Source: a candidate division WOR-3 bacterium (GTDB taxonomy: Bacteria > Hydrothermota > Tepidihabitantia > SM23-42 > JAOAFX01). From it: 44,743 nucleotides of DNA. The stretch lies in assembly GCA_037444665.1 (NCBI GenBank), contig JBBILZ010000016.1, forward strand, positions 1 through 44,743. The letters are read 5' to 3'. Both the position numbers and the translations under genes were made by a program. Shown piece by piece: positions 17,513-25,562 of the stretch (positions within the stretch are counted from its first letter, which is position 1; every line of letters starts with the position of its first letter). The notes beneath the pieces were generated by a model. It saw nothing but the letters and a program-made list of their open reading frames with translations. It was not told the DNA's origin and did not search any database.

Positions 17513-20032
17513 ATGCTTTTAAAAAAACTTGGGAAATATGAAATAATTGAATGGCTTGGTGGTGGAAGATTCGGTGATGTTTTTCTGGCACGCGATACCA
17601 TTCTTGATGTAAATTTTGCCCTGAAAATTTGCCGTATGCGTCAGGAAGAAATCATTATGTTAAAGGACGAGGCAAAACTCCTTGCTTCACTCAACCATCC
17701 CAATATTGTCAGATTTTACAATATTGATATCATTGAAAACAAATTCGTTATGGTAATGGAGTATATAAAAGGAAAAACACTGCGTGATATCATCAAAGAA
17801 GGTGGTATTCCAATAAATGATATCTTAAACATCATTTACCAGATTCTTGATGCGCTAAATTACGCACATAAAACAGGTGTGCTCCATCGTGACTTAAAAC
17901 CAGAAAACATTTTGATTTCTGACCAGGGAATTATTAAGATTACAGACTTTGGACTGGCAAAATTTATTAAATCAGGTTCAATAGCTGCGTCTACTGCTGG
18001 TACACCAATATATATGGCACCTGAGGTATGGTCTGGTAATTTTAGTGAAAAATCTGACATCTGGAGTATTGGCGTTATACTTTATGAACTGGCTACTGGC
18101 ACGCCTCCATTCCTTGATGATAGTCTTGATGGTCTAAAACAAAAGATTAGTAAAAATAAATTTCTTAGACCAGGCATTTTAAGGACTGATATCCCTGAAT
18201 ATTTTGAAAATATTGTGCTGAAGTGCCTCAATGTCGTTCCTGAAGCAAGGCCTGATACCCTGGAATTACTTACCAGTCTCAAAAAAAGAGCAAAAGGCAT
18301 AAAGATTGAGGCACCAATAACAATCACTGAAAAAAAGACAGAAGAACTCAGATTAAGCCCTGACCAGGAGAAGATTATCAGTTCATTAAATGGAAAATTA
18401 CTTGTGCTTGGACAGGCAGGCTGTGGCAAAACAACGAGTTTGGTATATAGCATTCTCAAACTGCTAAAAAATGGAGTCCCACCATCAAAAATTCTTGTTT
18501 GCACTTTTACCAATAAGTCTGCAAATGACATAAAAAACCGCATTGGTGCTTTCATTCCTGCACCACAATATGATCTATGGATCGGCACTTTTCATACAAT
18601 TGCTATGAGAATTTTACGCCGTGATGGAGAAAGGTTGGACATAGATGAAAATTTTATAATTGAAGAGCCGAAAAAGAGTTTTGCTAAAATAGATATAGAA
18701 AAAGGTAAATTCAAGGCAAACGCCATTCTGAGAGTAATTGAAAAATTAAAGGCAAGGGGCATTACCCCGGAAAAATTTGCGCCGCAGAATAAATGGGAAG
18801 AATTATGTGCTCAAGCATATAAAAAATATCAGTCTTATATAAAAGAGCATAATATACTGGATTATGATGACCTGATAATCTTTGCGACAAGGTTACTTGA
18901 AGAGAACTCTGATCTACAGGATTTCTACAAAAAGAATTTTGAATACATATTTGTTGATGAACTCCAGGATATAAATCCTGCCCAGTACCGATTTATCAAA
19001 TTATTCGTCAAAGATAACTTTTTCTTCACTGGTGATGAAGACCAGGCAATATATGGCTGGCGCGGTGCAAATAAAGAAATCATATACCAGGTCTCTAAGG
19101 AATATCACGATGTTCAGATTTTCCACCTGAATCGCAGTTTCCGTCTTCCCCAATCAATCCTTGAAATTGGGAATAATTTGATGTTGAGAAATACTACTGC
19201 AATTCCTAATTTGGATACAGGTGATGTGGTCTTTTATGCTGCTGATTCACCCGATGATGAGGTAGATTATGTAATCAAAGAGATTAAAGAAATAACTGAG
19301 GAGATGTTTTCCTGGCGTGATATTGCCATTCTTTATAGAATGAACTATCTTGCCCAACCTTATGTTGAAGCACTGGCAAAAGCAGAAATACCATATACCC
19401 TGATAAGTGGGGTTACCTTTTCTGAAAGGGCTGAACTGAAACCCATAATTGAATACTTGGAAATTCTGGGAAATTATGGAGATACTGACACATTAGAAAA
19501 TTTCATTAAAAAAGCCAGTGCAATTTTAATGGTGAAAAAAAAGAACGAGAAAAGAGTAGCAACAGTAATTGAACACCAGATACAGAACTTAAATGTTTTG
19601 ACGCCTTATAACATTATTTATGAAATTGTCCAGTGCCTCAATCTACATACTGAGTATATTGAAGAATTTCTGTCCTTTGCCAAAGAGCATTCAGCATCAA
19701 ATATAAATAAGTTTTTAAGTGAATTGAAACTTTTTCAGGAGATGGACCTGGCAAACTGGACAAAGGATACAGTAAAATTGATGACCGTGCACAGTGCCAA
19801 GGGAATGGAATTTCCTGTGGTCTTTCTCGTTGACCTGATTGAAGAGATTTTTCCGATGGCGAAGAGCCTTTCTGACCAGCGCGACCTTGAAGAAGAGAGA
19901 AGACTATGCTATGTTGCAGTAACCAGAGCACAGAAAAAGTTATATCTTGTCTATCCAAAATTTATTTACAAAAAACCCCGCCTACCTTCAAGATTTATTA
20001 TTGATATGTTAAGGAAACAAGAATCTTTTTAG
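17513..20032 (+). CDS. Hanks-type Ser/Thr kinase fused to a UvrD/PcrA-like SF1A helicase
   Basis: Kinase motifs GGGRFGDV, ALK, HRDLKPEN, DFG and APE. Helicase motifs GQAGCGKTT, TFTNK, TFH, VDELQD, GDEDQAIYGWRGA, TVHSAKGMEF and EERRLCYVAVTRA. Confidence 0.92.
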   Translation: MLLKKLGKYEIIEWLGGGRFGDVFLARDTILDVNFALKICRMRQEEIIMLKDEAKLLASLNHPNIVRFYNIDIIENKFVMVMEYIKGKTLRDIIKEGGIPINDILNIIYQILDALNYAHKTGVLHRDLKPENILISDQGIIKITDFGLAKFIKSGSIAASTAGTPIYMAPEVWSGNFSEKSDIWSIGVILYELATGTPPFLDDSLDGLKQKISKNKFLRPGILRTDIPEYFENIVLKCLNVVPEARPDTLELLTSLKKRAKGIKIEAPITITEKKTEELRLSPDQEKIISSLNGKLLVLGQAGCGKTTSLVYSILKLLKNGVPPSKILVCTFTNKSANDIKNRIGAFIPAPQYDLWIGTFHTIAMRILRRDGERLDIDENFIIEEPKKSFAKIDIEKGKFKANAILRVIEKLKARGITPEKFAPQNKWEELCAQAYKKYQSYIKEHNILDYDDLIIFATRLLEENSDLQDFYKKNFEYIFVDELQDINPAQYRFIKLFVKDNFFFTGDEDQAIYGWRGANKEIIYQVSKEYHDVQIFHLNRSFRLPQSILEIGNNLMLRNTTAIPNLDTGDVVFYAADSPDDEVDYVIKEIKEITEEMFSWRDIAILYRMNYLAQPYVEALAKAEIPYTLISGVTFSERAELKPIIEYLEILGNYGDTDTLENFIKKASAILMVKKKNEKRVATVIEHQIQNLNVLTPYNIIYEIVQCLNLHTEYIEEFLSFAKEHSASNINKFLSELKLFQEMDLANWTKDTVKLMTVHSAKGMEFPVVFLVDLIEEIFPMAKSLSDQRDLEEERRLCYVAVTRAQKKLYLVYPKFIYKKPRLPSRFIIDMLRKQESF

Positions 20033-20478
20033 TTTTTTATTCTTTTGATTATATCTTGTGCAATTGCTTTAGTTTTTACTTTCAGAGACTCTTCAATTTC
20101 CTGCCCAATATCTCCTTTTTTATTTATAGTGATACCGAAAATGTTGATTTTTTCAGGTAATTTGAATTCTAAATGCCTGCCCAGTTCAATTGCCGATGCA
20201 AAATTTAAACTGTGCATATAGGAAAAACTCTTCACTCCAGCAAAATCCTCAATCTTAAGTTCAATGACCTCACCATCAGGTAAATCAGGTCTATATAGAC
20301 TGTCAACCACGACAACCCAGTCATAACCTTCTATCTCCTCAAGGATGTTAATACCGCTAAATGCACCAGTCTTTAAGTCCCAGTCAGCCATACTCTTTTT
20401 TAATTCACGAGCAATAATAATACCCAGTGCATCATTTCCACAGTATTCATTTCCCAGACCAACAATCAATTTCTTCAT
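20029..20478 (-). CDS. Hydrogenase maturation protease
   Basis: IVGLGN...GNDALG, VVVVDS and H motif; adjacent to the hydrogenase genes. Confidence 0.88.
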   Translation of the reverse strand: MKKLIVGLGNEYCGNDALGIIIARELKKSMADWDLKTGAFSGINILEEIEGYDWVVVVDSLYRPDLPDGEVIELKIEDFAGVKSFSYMHSLNFASAIELGRHLEFKLPEKINIFGITINKKGDIGQEIEESLKVKTKAIAQDIIKRIKN

Positions 20479-20485
20479 CAATAAT

Positions 20486-20513
20486 ATTATACACTATAAA
20501 TTAATTGAATCAA
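20486..20513 (-). promoter_or_regulatory. Putative leaderless sigma70 promoter for the protease gene
   Basis: TTGATT-16 bp-TATAAT-7 nt-ATG on the minus strand. Confidence 0.55.
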
Positions 20514-20525
20514 GGGGAATGCCAG

Positions 20526-20560
20526 AAAAACAGTCACCCTGAAACTGGTTCAGGGTGACT
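20526..20560 (-). terminator. Intrinsic terminator after mvhA
   Basis: 12-bp perfect stem AGTCACCCTGAA/TTCAGGGTGACT with a 5-nt loop, followed by a T-tract on the minus strand. Confidence 0.75.
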
Positions 20561-20591
20561 ATACTATTGTTGAATAACTGTTTAAGTCTGT

Positions 20592-22052
20592 TCAGTTCTT
20601 TATTGTCTTTATAACCTCACCATCTTTACTATGGATATTGATCTCTATTGGCACCTGTCCTGGTAGACTGTGCGTGGCACAGGCAAAACAGGGGTCATAA
20701 GCACGGAAAGCCATCTCAATCATATTCAATAAACCATCATTTACTACACCATTTTTTATCAGATTGCGTGTTGCCTTTTCAATAGACATATTGATCGCCG
20801 CAGAATTATTTACGGTCGCAACAATCAGATTTGCCTTTGTCAATCTGCCCTTTTCATCGGTCTCATAATGATGATAAAGTGTTCCTCTTGGTGCCTCAAT
20901 CACACCGATGCCAATCTTTGGGGTTTTAAAGTCCATATTCCTTATCCTTGTGTCAGTAATCTCCGGGTCATTGATCAATTCCACCATCTTTTCTGCTGCC
21001 TGCATTGCCTCAATCACCCTTGCCCAGTGTGTTGCCAGTGTGTTGTGGACTGGTTTGCCACCGAGTGTAGCATAGAATTTTTCATAATACTCCTGGGCAA
21101 GCGGTGTTGCCATACCATCTGAGGCATTGAGTCTGCCAAGGGGTGCTACCCGATAAACACCACTATCCTTTCCATCAACAAAGCCTTTCCAGCCAACATT
21201 CTTAAGATAAGGGAACTTGATATAAGTCCAGGTCTCAACCCCTTCTGCAATGTGATTGAGATAATCCCTTGCCTTAAACTTAGCAAACTCCTTGCCATCA
21301 GGGTCAACCACTCTTATCCAACCATCATAAAAATTCAATTTATTATTATCATCCACAAGCCCCATATAATAGGTCTTGTGTTTGTAGATATCCCCAACAA
21401 TCAGATCAACATAAGCTTTATTTTTAAGAACAATGTCATCAAATGCCTGAAGAGTAAACTTGGCAAATTCCACTGCATCTGCTGCAACCTTCTTCCATTC
21501 TTCCTGCTGTTCCTTTGTAATCCATTTAGAAACACCACCTGGTAAGCCATTTACTGGATGGACGACCCTGCCGCCAAGGGTCTGGATAATATTTCTTGTC
21601 CTTTTTCTTATATCAATGACCTTCTTACCAATCTCAAAACCAACCTTGGCAATGACACCGAGCACATTGCGCTGTGCTGCAGGGGCATCAGGACCAACTA
21701 TAAAATCAGGTCCACCAAGAAAATAGAAATGGAGGTTGTGGTCTTCAAACATAAATGTATTATACTGGAATTCTCTAATCTTCCTTGCTGCAGGTGGTGG
21801 TTCAACACCATAAAGGTCATCAAGCGCCTTTGTTGAGCACATATGATGGGTAGTGGGACAGACACCGCAGATTGTCTCCGTAATCCTCGGCATCTCCTCA
21901 GCAAGCCTGCCAATGGCAAACCTCTCATAACCACGAAGTTCAGGAATCTGCAGACAGGCATGGGCAACATTACCCGCATCATCAAGAAAGATATCAATCT
22001 TACCGTGTCCTTCTAATCTCGTGATTGGGTCTATTGTAATCTCTTTATACAT
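20592..22052 (-). CDS. mvhA: [NiFe]-hydrogenase large subunit, group 3c (F420-non-reducing, MvhA)
   Basis: IDPITRLEGHG, ICGVC, EAPRGTLYH and RAYDPCFACATH plus a cleavable C-terminal extension. Confidence 0.92.
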   Translation of the reverse strand: MYKEITIDPITRLEGHGKIDIFLDDAGNVAHACLQIPELRGYERFAIGRLAEEMPRITETICGVCPTTHHMCSTKALDDLYGVEPPPAARKIREFQYNTFMFEDHNLHFYFLGGPDFIVGPDAPAAQRNVLGVIAKVGFEIGKKVIDIRKRTRNIIQTLGGRVVHPVNGLPGGVSKWITKEQQEEWKKVAADAVEFAKFTLQAFDDIVLKNKAYVDLIVGDIYKHKTYYMGLVDDNNKLNFYDGWIRVVDPDGKEFAKFKARDYLNHIAEGVETWTYIKFPYLKNVGWKGFVDGKDSGVYRVAPLGRLNASDGMATPLAQEYYEKFYATLGGKPVHNTLATHWARVIEAMQAAEKMVELINDPEITDTRIRNMDFKTPKIGIGVIEAPRGTLYHHYETDEKGRLTKANLIVATVNNSAAINMSIEKATRNLIKNGVVNDGLLNMIEMAFRAYDPCFACATHSLPGQVPIEINIHSKDGEVIKTIKN

Positions 22053-22053
22053 T

Positions 22054-23052
22054 CTACACCCCCTGCTTTCTTCTTAAAATTGAGGTGGGCAATGAATACA
22101 TATAGAAAAGACCAATCGGGTCAATTATTGATTCCGCAATCTTCTTTGCCTCTTCTTCAGTGTTTGCGTCAACAATTGAAGCAAGCGCAGACAGGAACTT
22201 CGCACCCTGGTCATTCACCTCTTTTGTCGGTCCAAAACATCCTCTACAGGGCATATTGGCATTAATACAACGCTCTCCACAGCCACCACGGGTTGCGGGT
22301 CCAAGGCAGATAATCCCTTCGGCAAGAAAACATTTCTCAGGGTCTGCGATTACCTCAGAGATCCTTTTTATCTCTTTTATCACTAATTTATCAGGTTTTG
22401 TTTTATTTCTGGGACAGGTCTCGCACAGTGATTTTTCTGAAGCAATTACAGTGCCTTTAGGTGGCAGATTACCACTGAGCAGGGTCTGGATACCCTTCAT
22501 TATTAGGTCTGGGGGTGGTGCACAACCAGGAAGATAATAGTCCACATCTATGGTCTGGTCAAGGGATTTTACTGTATCATAAAATTCAGGAAGTGTCAAT
22601 TTGCCCTGAGGTATTTCAGTAACAGGTTGTGGATAAACACCCTTTGGATTTGCCGTCGTGTGTGTAAGTTTATAAACAGTTTCAAATATCTCTTTTCTAT
22701 TAGCAATATTTGCCAGCCCTGGAATACCTCCCAAATGGGCACAGGCACCGAATGCCACAATCAATTGCGATTTCTGTCTTAAGAGTTTAACAATATGCTC
22801 CTGCTCTGAATTTCTAATTGAACCATTTATAAAGCTTACAAGTATTGATTTGTCCGGCATTGCCTCAACATCTTTGTATTTGAAGTCAAGCGCCACGGGC
22901 CAGAGAATTATATCAACTGCATCAACAACCTTTAGAATATCTTCAGCCAGGTCAACCACTGCCTCTTCACAACCACCGCACGAGGCACACCAGTAAAGAG
23001 CAACCTTAGGTTTTGCCGCACACCAGTAAAGAGCAACCTTAGGTTTTGCCAT
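22054..23052 (-). CDS. mvhG: [NiFe]-hydrogenase small subunit MvhG (N-terminal 11-aa duplication)
   Basis: ASCGGC, GACA..GGIPGLAN, PGCAP and CLGPATRGGC...C....MPCRGC. Confidence 0.9.
   Translation of the reverse strand: MAKPKVALYWCAAKPKVALYWCASCGGCEEAVVDLAEDILKVVDAVDIILWPVALDFKYKDVEAMPDKSILVSFINGSIRNSEQEHIVKLLRQKSQLIVAFGACAHLGGIPGLANIANRKEIFETVYKLTHTTANPKGVYPQPVTEIPQGKLTLPEFYDTVKSLDQTIDVDYYLPGCAPPPDLIMKGIQTLLSGNLPPKGTVIASEKSLCETCPRNKTKPDKLVIKEIKRISEVIADPEKCFLAEGIICLGPATRGGCGERCINANMPCRGCFGPTKEVNDQGAKFLSALASIVDANTEEEAKKIAESIIDPIGLFYMYSLPTSILRRKQGV
22985..23050 (+). repeat. Perfect 33-bp tandem duplication (in frame)
   Basis: GCACACCAGTAAAGAGCAACCTTAGGTTTTGCC x2, giving AKPKVALYWCA twice. Confidence 0.92.
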
Positions 23053-23474
23053 TATACGCCTCCTTTTCTGAGTGGATTGGGTCCTAATTGCTTTATTTCG
23101 TCAACGAATTCTTTTATTTTACTGGCAAATTTTGCACCCTCTGCAGCTGAAATCCATTCTAAGCGCACCCGGCGATTATCAATTCCCATTTCACTGAGCA
23201 TTGTTTTTAACAGGGCAATGCGCTTATTGGTCTGGTAATTTCCAGTTTGATAGTGACAATCACCAAAATGGCAACCTCCAATAAACACACCATCTGCACC
23301 TTCCATTAATGCCTTTAATATATAAGAGGGGTCTAATCCACCTGAGCACATAAGTCTGATCGGTACAATATTGGGTGGATATTGGACTCTACTCACACCC
23401 GCCAGGTCTGCAGCTGCATATGTACACCATTTACACATAAAGCCGATTATTTTTGGCTCAAAATTTTCTTTCAT
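23052..23474 (-). CDS. mvhD: Hydrogenase iron-sulfur subunit MvhD
   Basis: FEPKIIGFMCKWCTYAAADLAG, RLMCSG, GCH.GDCHY and W.SAAEG. Confidence 0.93.
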   Translation of the reverse strand: MKENFEPKIIGFMCKWCTYAAADLAGVSRVQYPPNIVPIRLMCSGGLDPSYILKALMEGADGVFIGGCHFGDCHYQTGNYQTNKRIALLKTMLSEMGIDNRRVRLEWISAAEGAKFASKIKEFVDEIKQLGPNPLRKGGV

Positions 23475-23494
23475 AATTAAATCTCCTGACAGAT

Positions 23495-23522
23495 ATTTTA
23501 CTTAAATCCAGAAAAAAGTCAA
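23495..23522 (-). promoter_or_regulatory. Putative sigma70 promoter for mvhDGA
   Basis: TTGACT-16 bp-TAAAAT, then an AGGAG RBS. Confidence 0.6.
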
Positions 23523-23602
23523 CAAGGTAATTTAACTAAGCCCTCTCCTTTTTCTGACTTATCGTCTGCTTTTGTCAAAGGCAAAATCATCCTGTATGAA
23601 TT

Positions 23603-23672
23603 GTAGTTGCCCGATTTATCGGGCGAAGATTAAATTTTTTAACCAAAAAAGCCTCATAAATGAGGCAACTAC
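23603..23672. repeat. GTAG-type REP doublet, copy B
   Basis: GTAGTTGCCCGATTTATCGGGC...GCCTCATAAATGAGGCAACTAC. Confidence 0.85.
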
Positions 23673-23748
23673 TGCACCCAGCCTTCCGTAAAATGTTAAA
23701 AATATTAGGCAATGGATAAAATAGTAGAGGTTTCAGTTTTCAAGATGG

Positions 23749-23776
23749 TTGACATCAGGATAAATTTAAATAAAAT
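23749..23776 (+). promoter_or_regulatory. Putative sigma70 promoter
   Basis: TTGACA-16 bp-TAAAAT; AGGAG RBS before 23799. Confidence 0.6.
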
Positions 23777-23798
23777 TATATTATAAAAAGGAGAAGAT

Positions 23799-24056
23799 AT
23801 GGAAAAATTGATTGGAAAGATCACCCATTATTTTAATAAAATTGGTGTTGCAGTCATTGAGATTACTGAGGATGAAATCAATATTGGTGATACAATCCAT
23901 ATAAAAGGGCATACTACAGATTTCAAACAGTTAGTAAATTCTATGCAGGTTGAACATAAACCAGTTGAGAAAGCAAAAAAGGGAGAAAGTATTGGGATGA
24001 AAGTGGATTCACCGGTCCACGAACATGACCAGGTCTATAAAATAATCGCTGAATAG
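23799..24056 (+). CDS. Small translation elongation factor-like beta-barrel protein
   Basis: IGKITHYF.KIGVA...GDTIHIKG.TTDF.Q.V.SMQ..H..V..AK.G..IG.KV; strong RBS. Confidence 0.8.
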   Translation: MEKLIGKITHYFNKIGVAVIEITEDEINIGDTIHIKGHTTDFKQLVNSMQVEHKPVEKAKKGESIGMKVDSPVHEHDQVYKIIAE

Positions 24057-24116
24057 GATTACAATATAATAAACGACAATAATATTCCCAGAGATCTTTT
24101 CTGGATTTTTGCATTT

Positions 24117-25562
24117 TTGATTGCAGTTTTACCCCGTCTATTCCGGCTTTTTTACCCTTATGCCTGGTTTGAAGACTCTGCATACTTGTATCATGCCTTT
24201 GCATTCAAATCAGGTTTAAAACCTTTTATTGATACAATCTGCGTCCATCTACCCACCTTAGAATATCTACTTGCAGGACTCTATAGATTATTTGGCACTT
24301 CTTATCTCGTTGCAGAAATTTTGAGTGCACTTGTTATGTTTTTTTCCACAATCTTTTTGTTTGATATTAGCCGGCGCATCTTTGATAACTATATCGGATT
24401 AATTGTTACAGCTGTTTTCAGCCTTTCTTCTCTCCTTTTTCGCTACCACATCTTTGAAAGGGAAGTCTTTACCCTCGCCATAACCATCTTTATCCTCTGG
24501 TTTCTTGTCCGGGGAAAATTTAATGGTCTTTATGCCATGGCAATTGGTTGCCTTGCCGGTTTGTCATTTGCAATAAAATTTTCCGGCATATTTGTCTTAC
24601 CCGCAATAATTGGATATTTATTAATAAAACATAAATATCGGGCAATATTTGTGGTTCTTTCAGGATTTATTCTAATCAGTGCCATCTGCTATGGATATTT
24701 TCTTTTAAAATATAAATCACCTGCATATTATCAACTATTCCTCTTCCATTTTTTTAAAGGTTATGATGTATCTGTTAAGACAAGATTCCTAAATACCTTT
24801 ATTAGAGACTTGAACTATCTATGGATTTTAGGGAGTAGCGGTATTATCCTGAGCTTATTCATTCCTAATAGAATCTTACTCTTTCCTGTAATCCTTTTTG
24901 TAGAATATTCAATATTTTTTGTGTTCATCAGTGCCACTTGCTGGCCCCATAATATGATTGATATATTGTTACCATTAAGTCTGGCAAATGGTGTTAGTCT
25001 ATTTTATCTTAAAAATTTATTAACTCCAGTGAAAAAAAATATCTTCCCTGTTATTTTGATTGTTATTGCCGGTATTGTTTTTATCTTTCTTGGTGCATTA
25101 TACCCAAAATATTATCAGGGTCTTGGATATATTCCACGGAATGAAGTTAAAAAAGTTGCTGAGTTTATTTCTGAGAATACACCCGTTAATATGCCCATCC
25201 ATGCACCCCATTACATTGCAAACGAGGCACATAGGTTAAAGATCATTGATTATGAGGAACTTATTGGTCCTTATCGCTTAATGATTAATAGATTGAGTAA
25301 AAAAGACGACTTTGAAAAGAACTTATATGCAAATGGCTGGTATGACCTTATTGTAAAAACACTTCCTTTATGGCGGTATGAACTGGATAATGCAATAATG
25401 GAAAAAAAAGTCTCCTGTGTCGTGTGGGACAGAATCTTTCCTGAATGGTCACTTATGCTCAATATTGATATACATCTTGAAACCAATTTTAATTTCTTCT
25501 CAAGTGCTGGATTTAATATCAGATACAATACCCGCTATTATACAGTATGGCTAACAAATTAA
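24117..25562 (+). CDS. GT-C membrane glycosyltransferase (ArnT/PMT, GT39/83-like); start uncertain
   Basis: Many TM segments; EDSAYLY...G.KPF.D...HLP.LEYL.A, ERE and G..AGL.F.IKFSG. Confidence 0.75.
   Translation: MIAVLPRLFRLFYPYAWFEDSAYLYHAFAFKSGLKPFIDTICVHLPTLEYLLAGLYRLFGTSYLVAEILSALVMFFSTIFLFDISRRIFDNYIGLIVTAVFSLSSLLFRYHIFEREVFTLAITIFILWFLVRGKFNGLYAMAIGCLAGLSFAIKFSGIFVLPAIIGYLLIKHKYRAIFVVLSGFILISAICYGYFLLKYKSPAYYQLFLFHFFKGYDVSVKTRFLNTFIRDLNYLWILGSSGIILSLFIPNRILLFPVILFVEYSIFFVFISATCWPHNMIDILLPLSLANGVSLFYLKNLLTPVKKNIFPVILIVIAGIVFIFLGALYPKYYQGLGYIPRNEVKKVAEFISENTPVNMPIHAPHYIANEAHRLKIIDYEELIGPYRLMINRLSKKDDFEKNLYANGWYDLIVKTLPLWRYELDNAIMEKKVSCVVWDRIFPEWSLMLNIDIHLETNFNFFSSAGFNIRYNTRYYTVWLTN

Noticed and set aside
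20592..23474. Selenocysteine-containing hydrogenase subunits
   Set aside because: MvhA (DPCFAC) and MvhD carry Cys codons, with no in-frame TGA.
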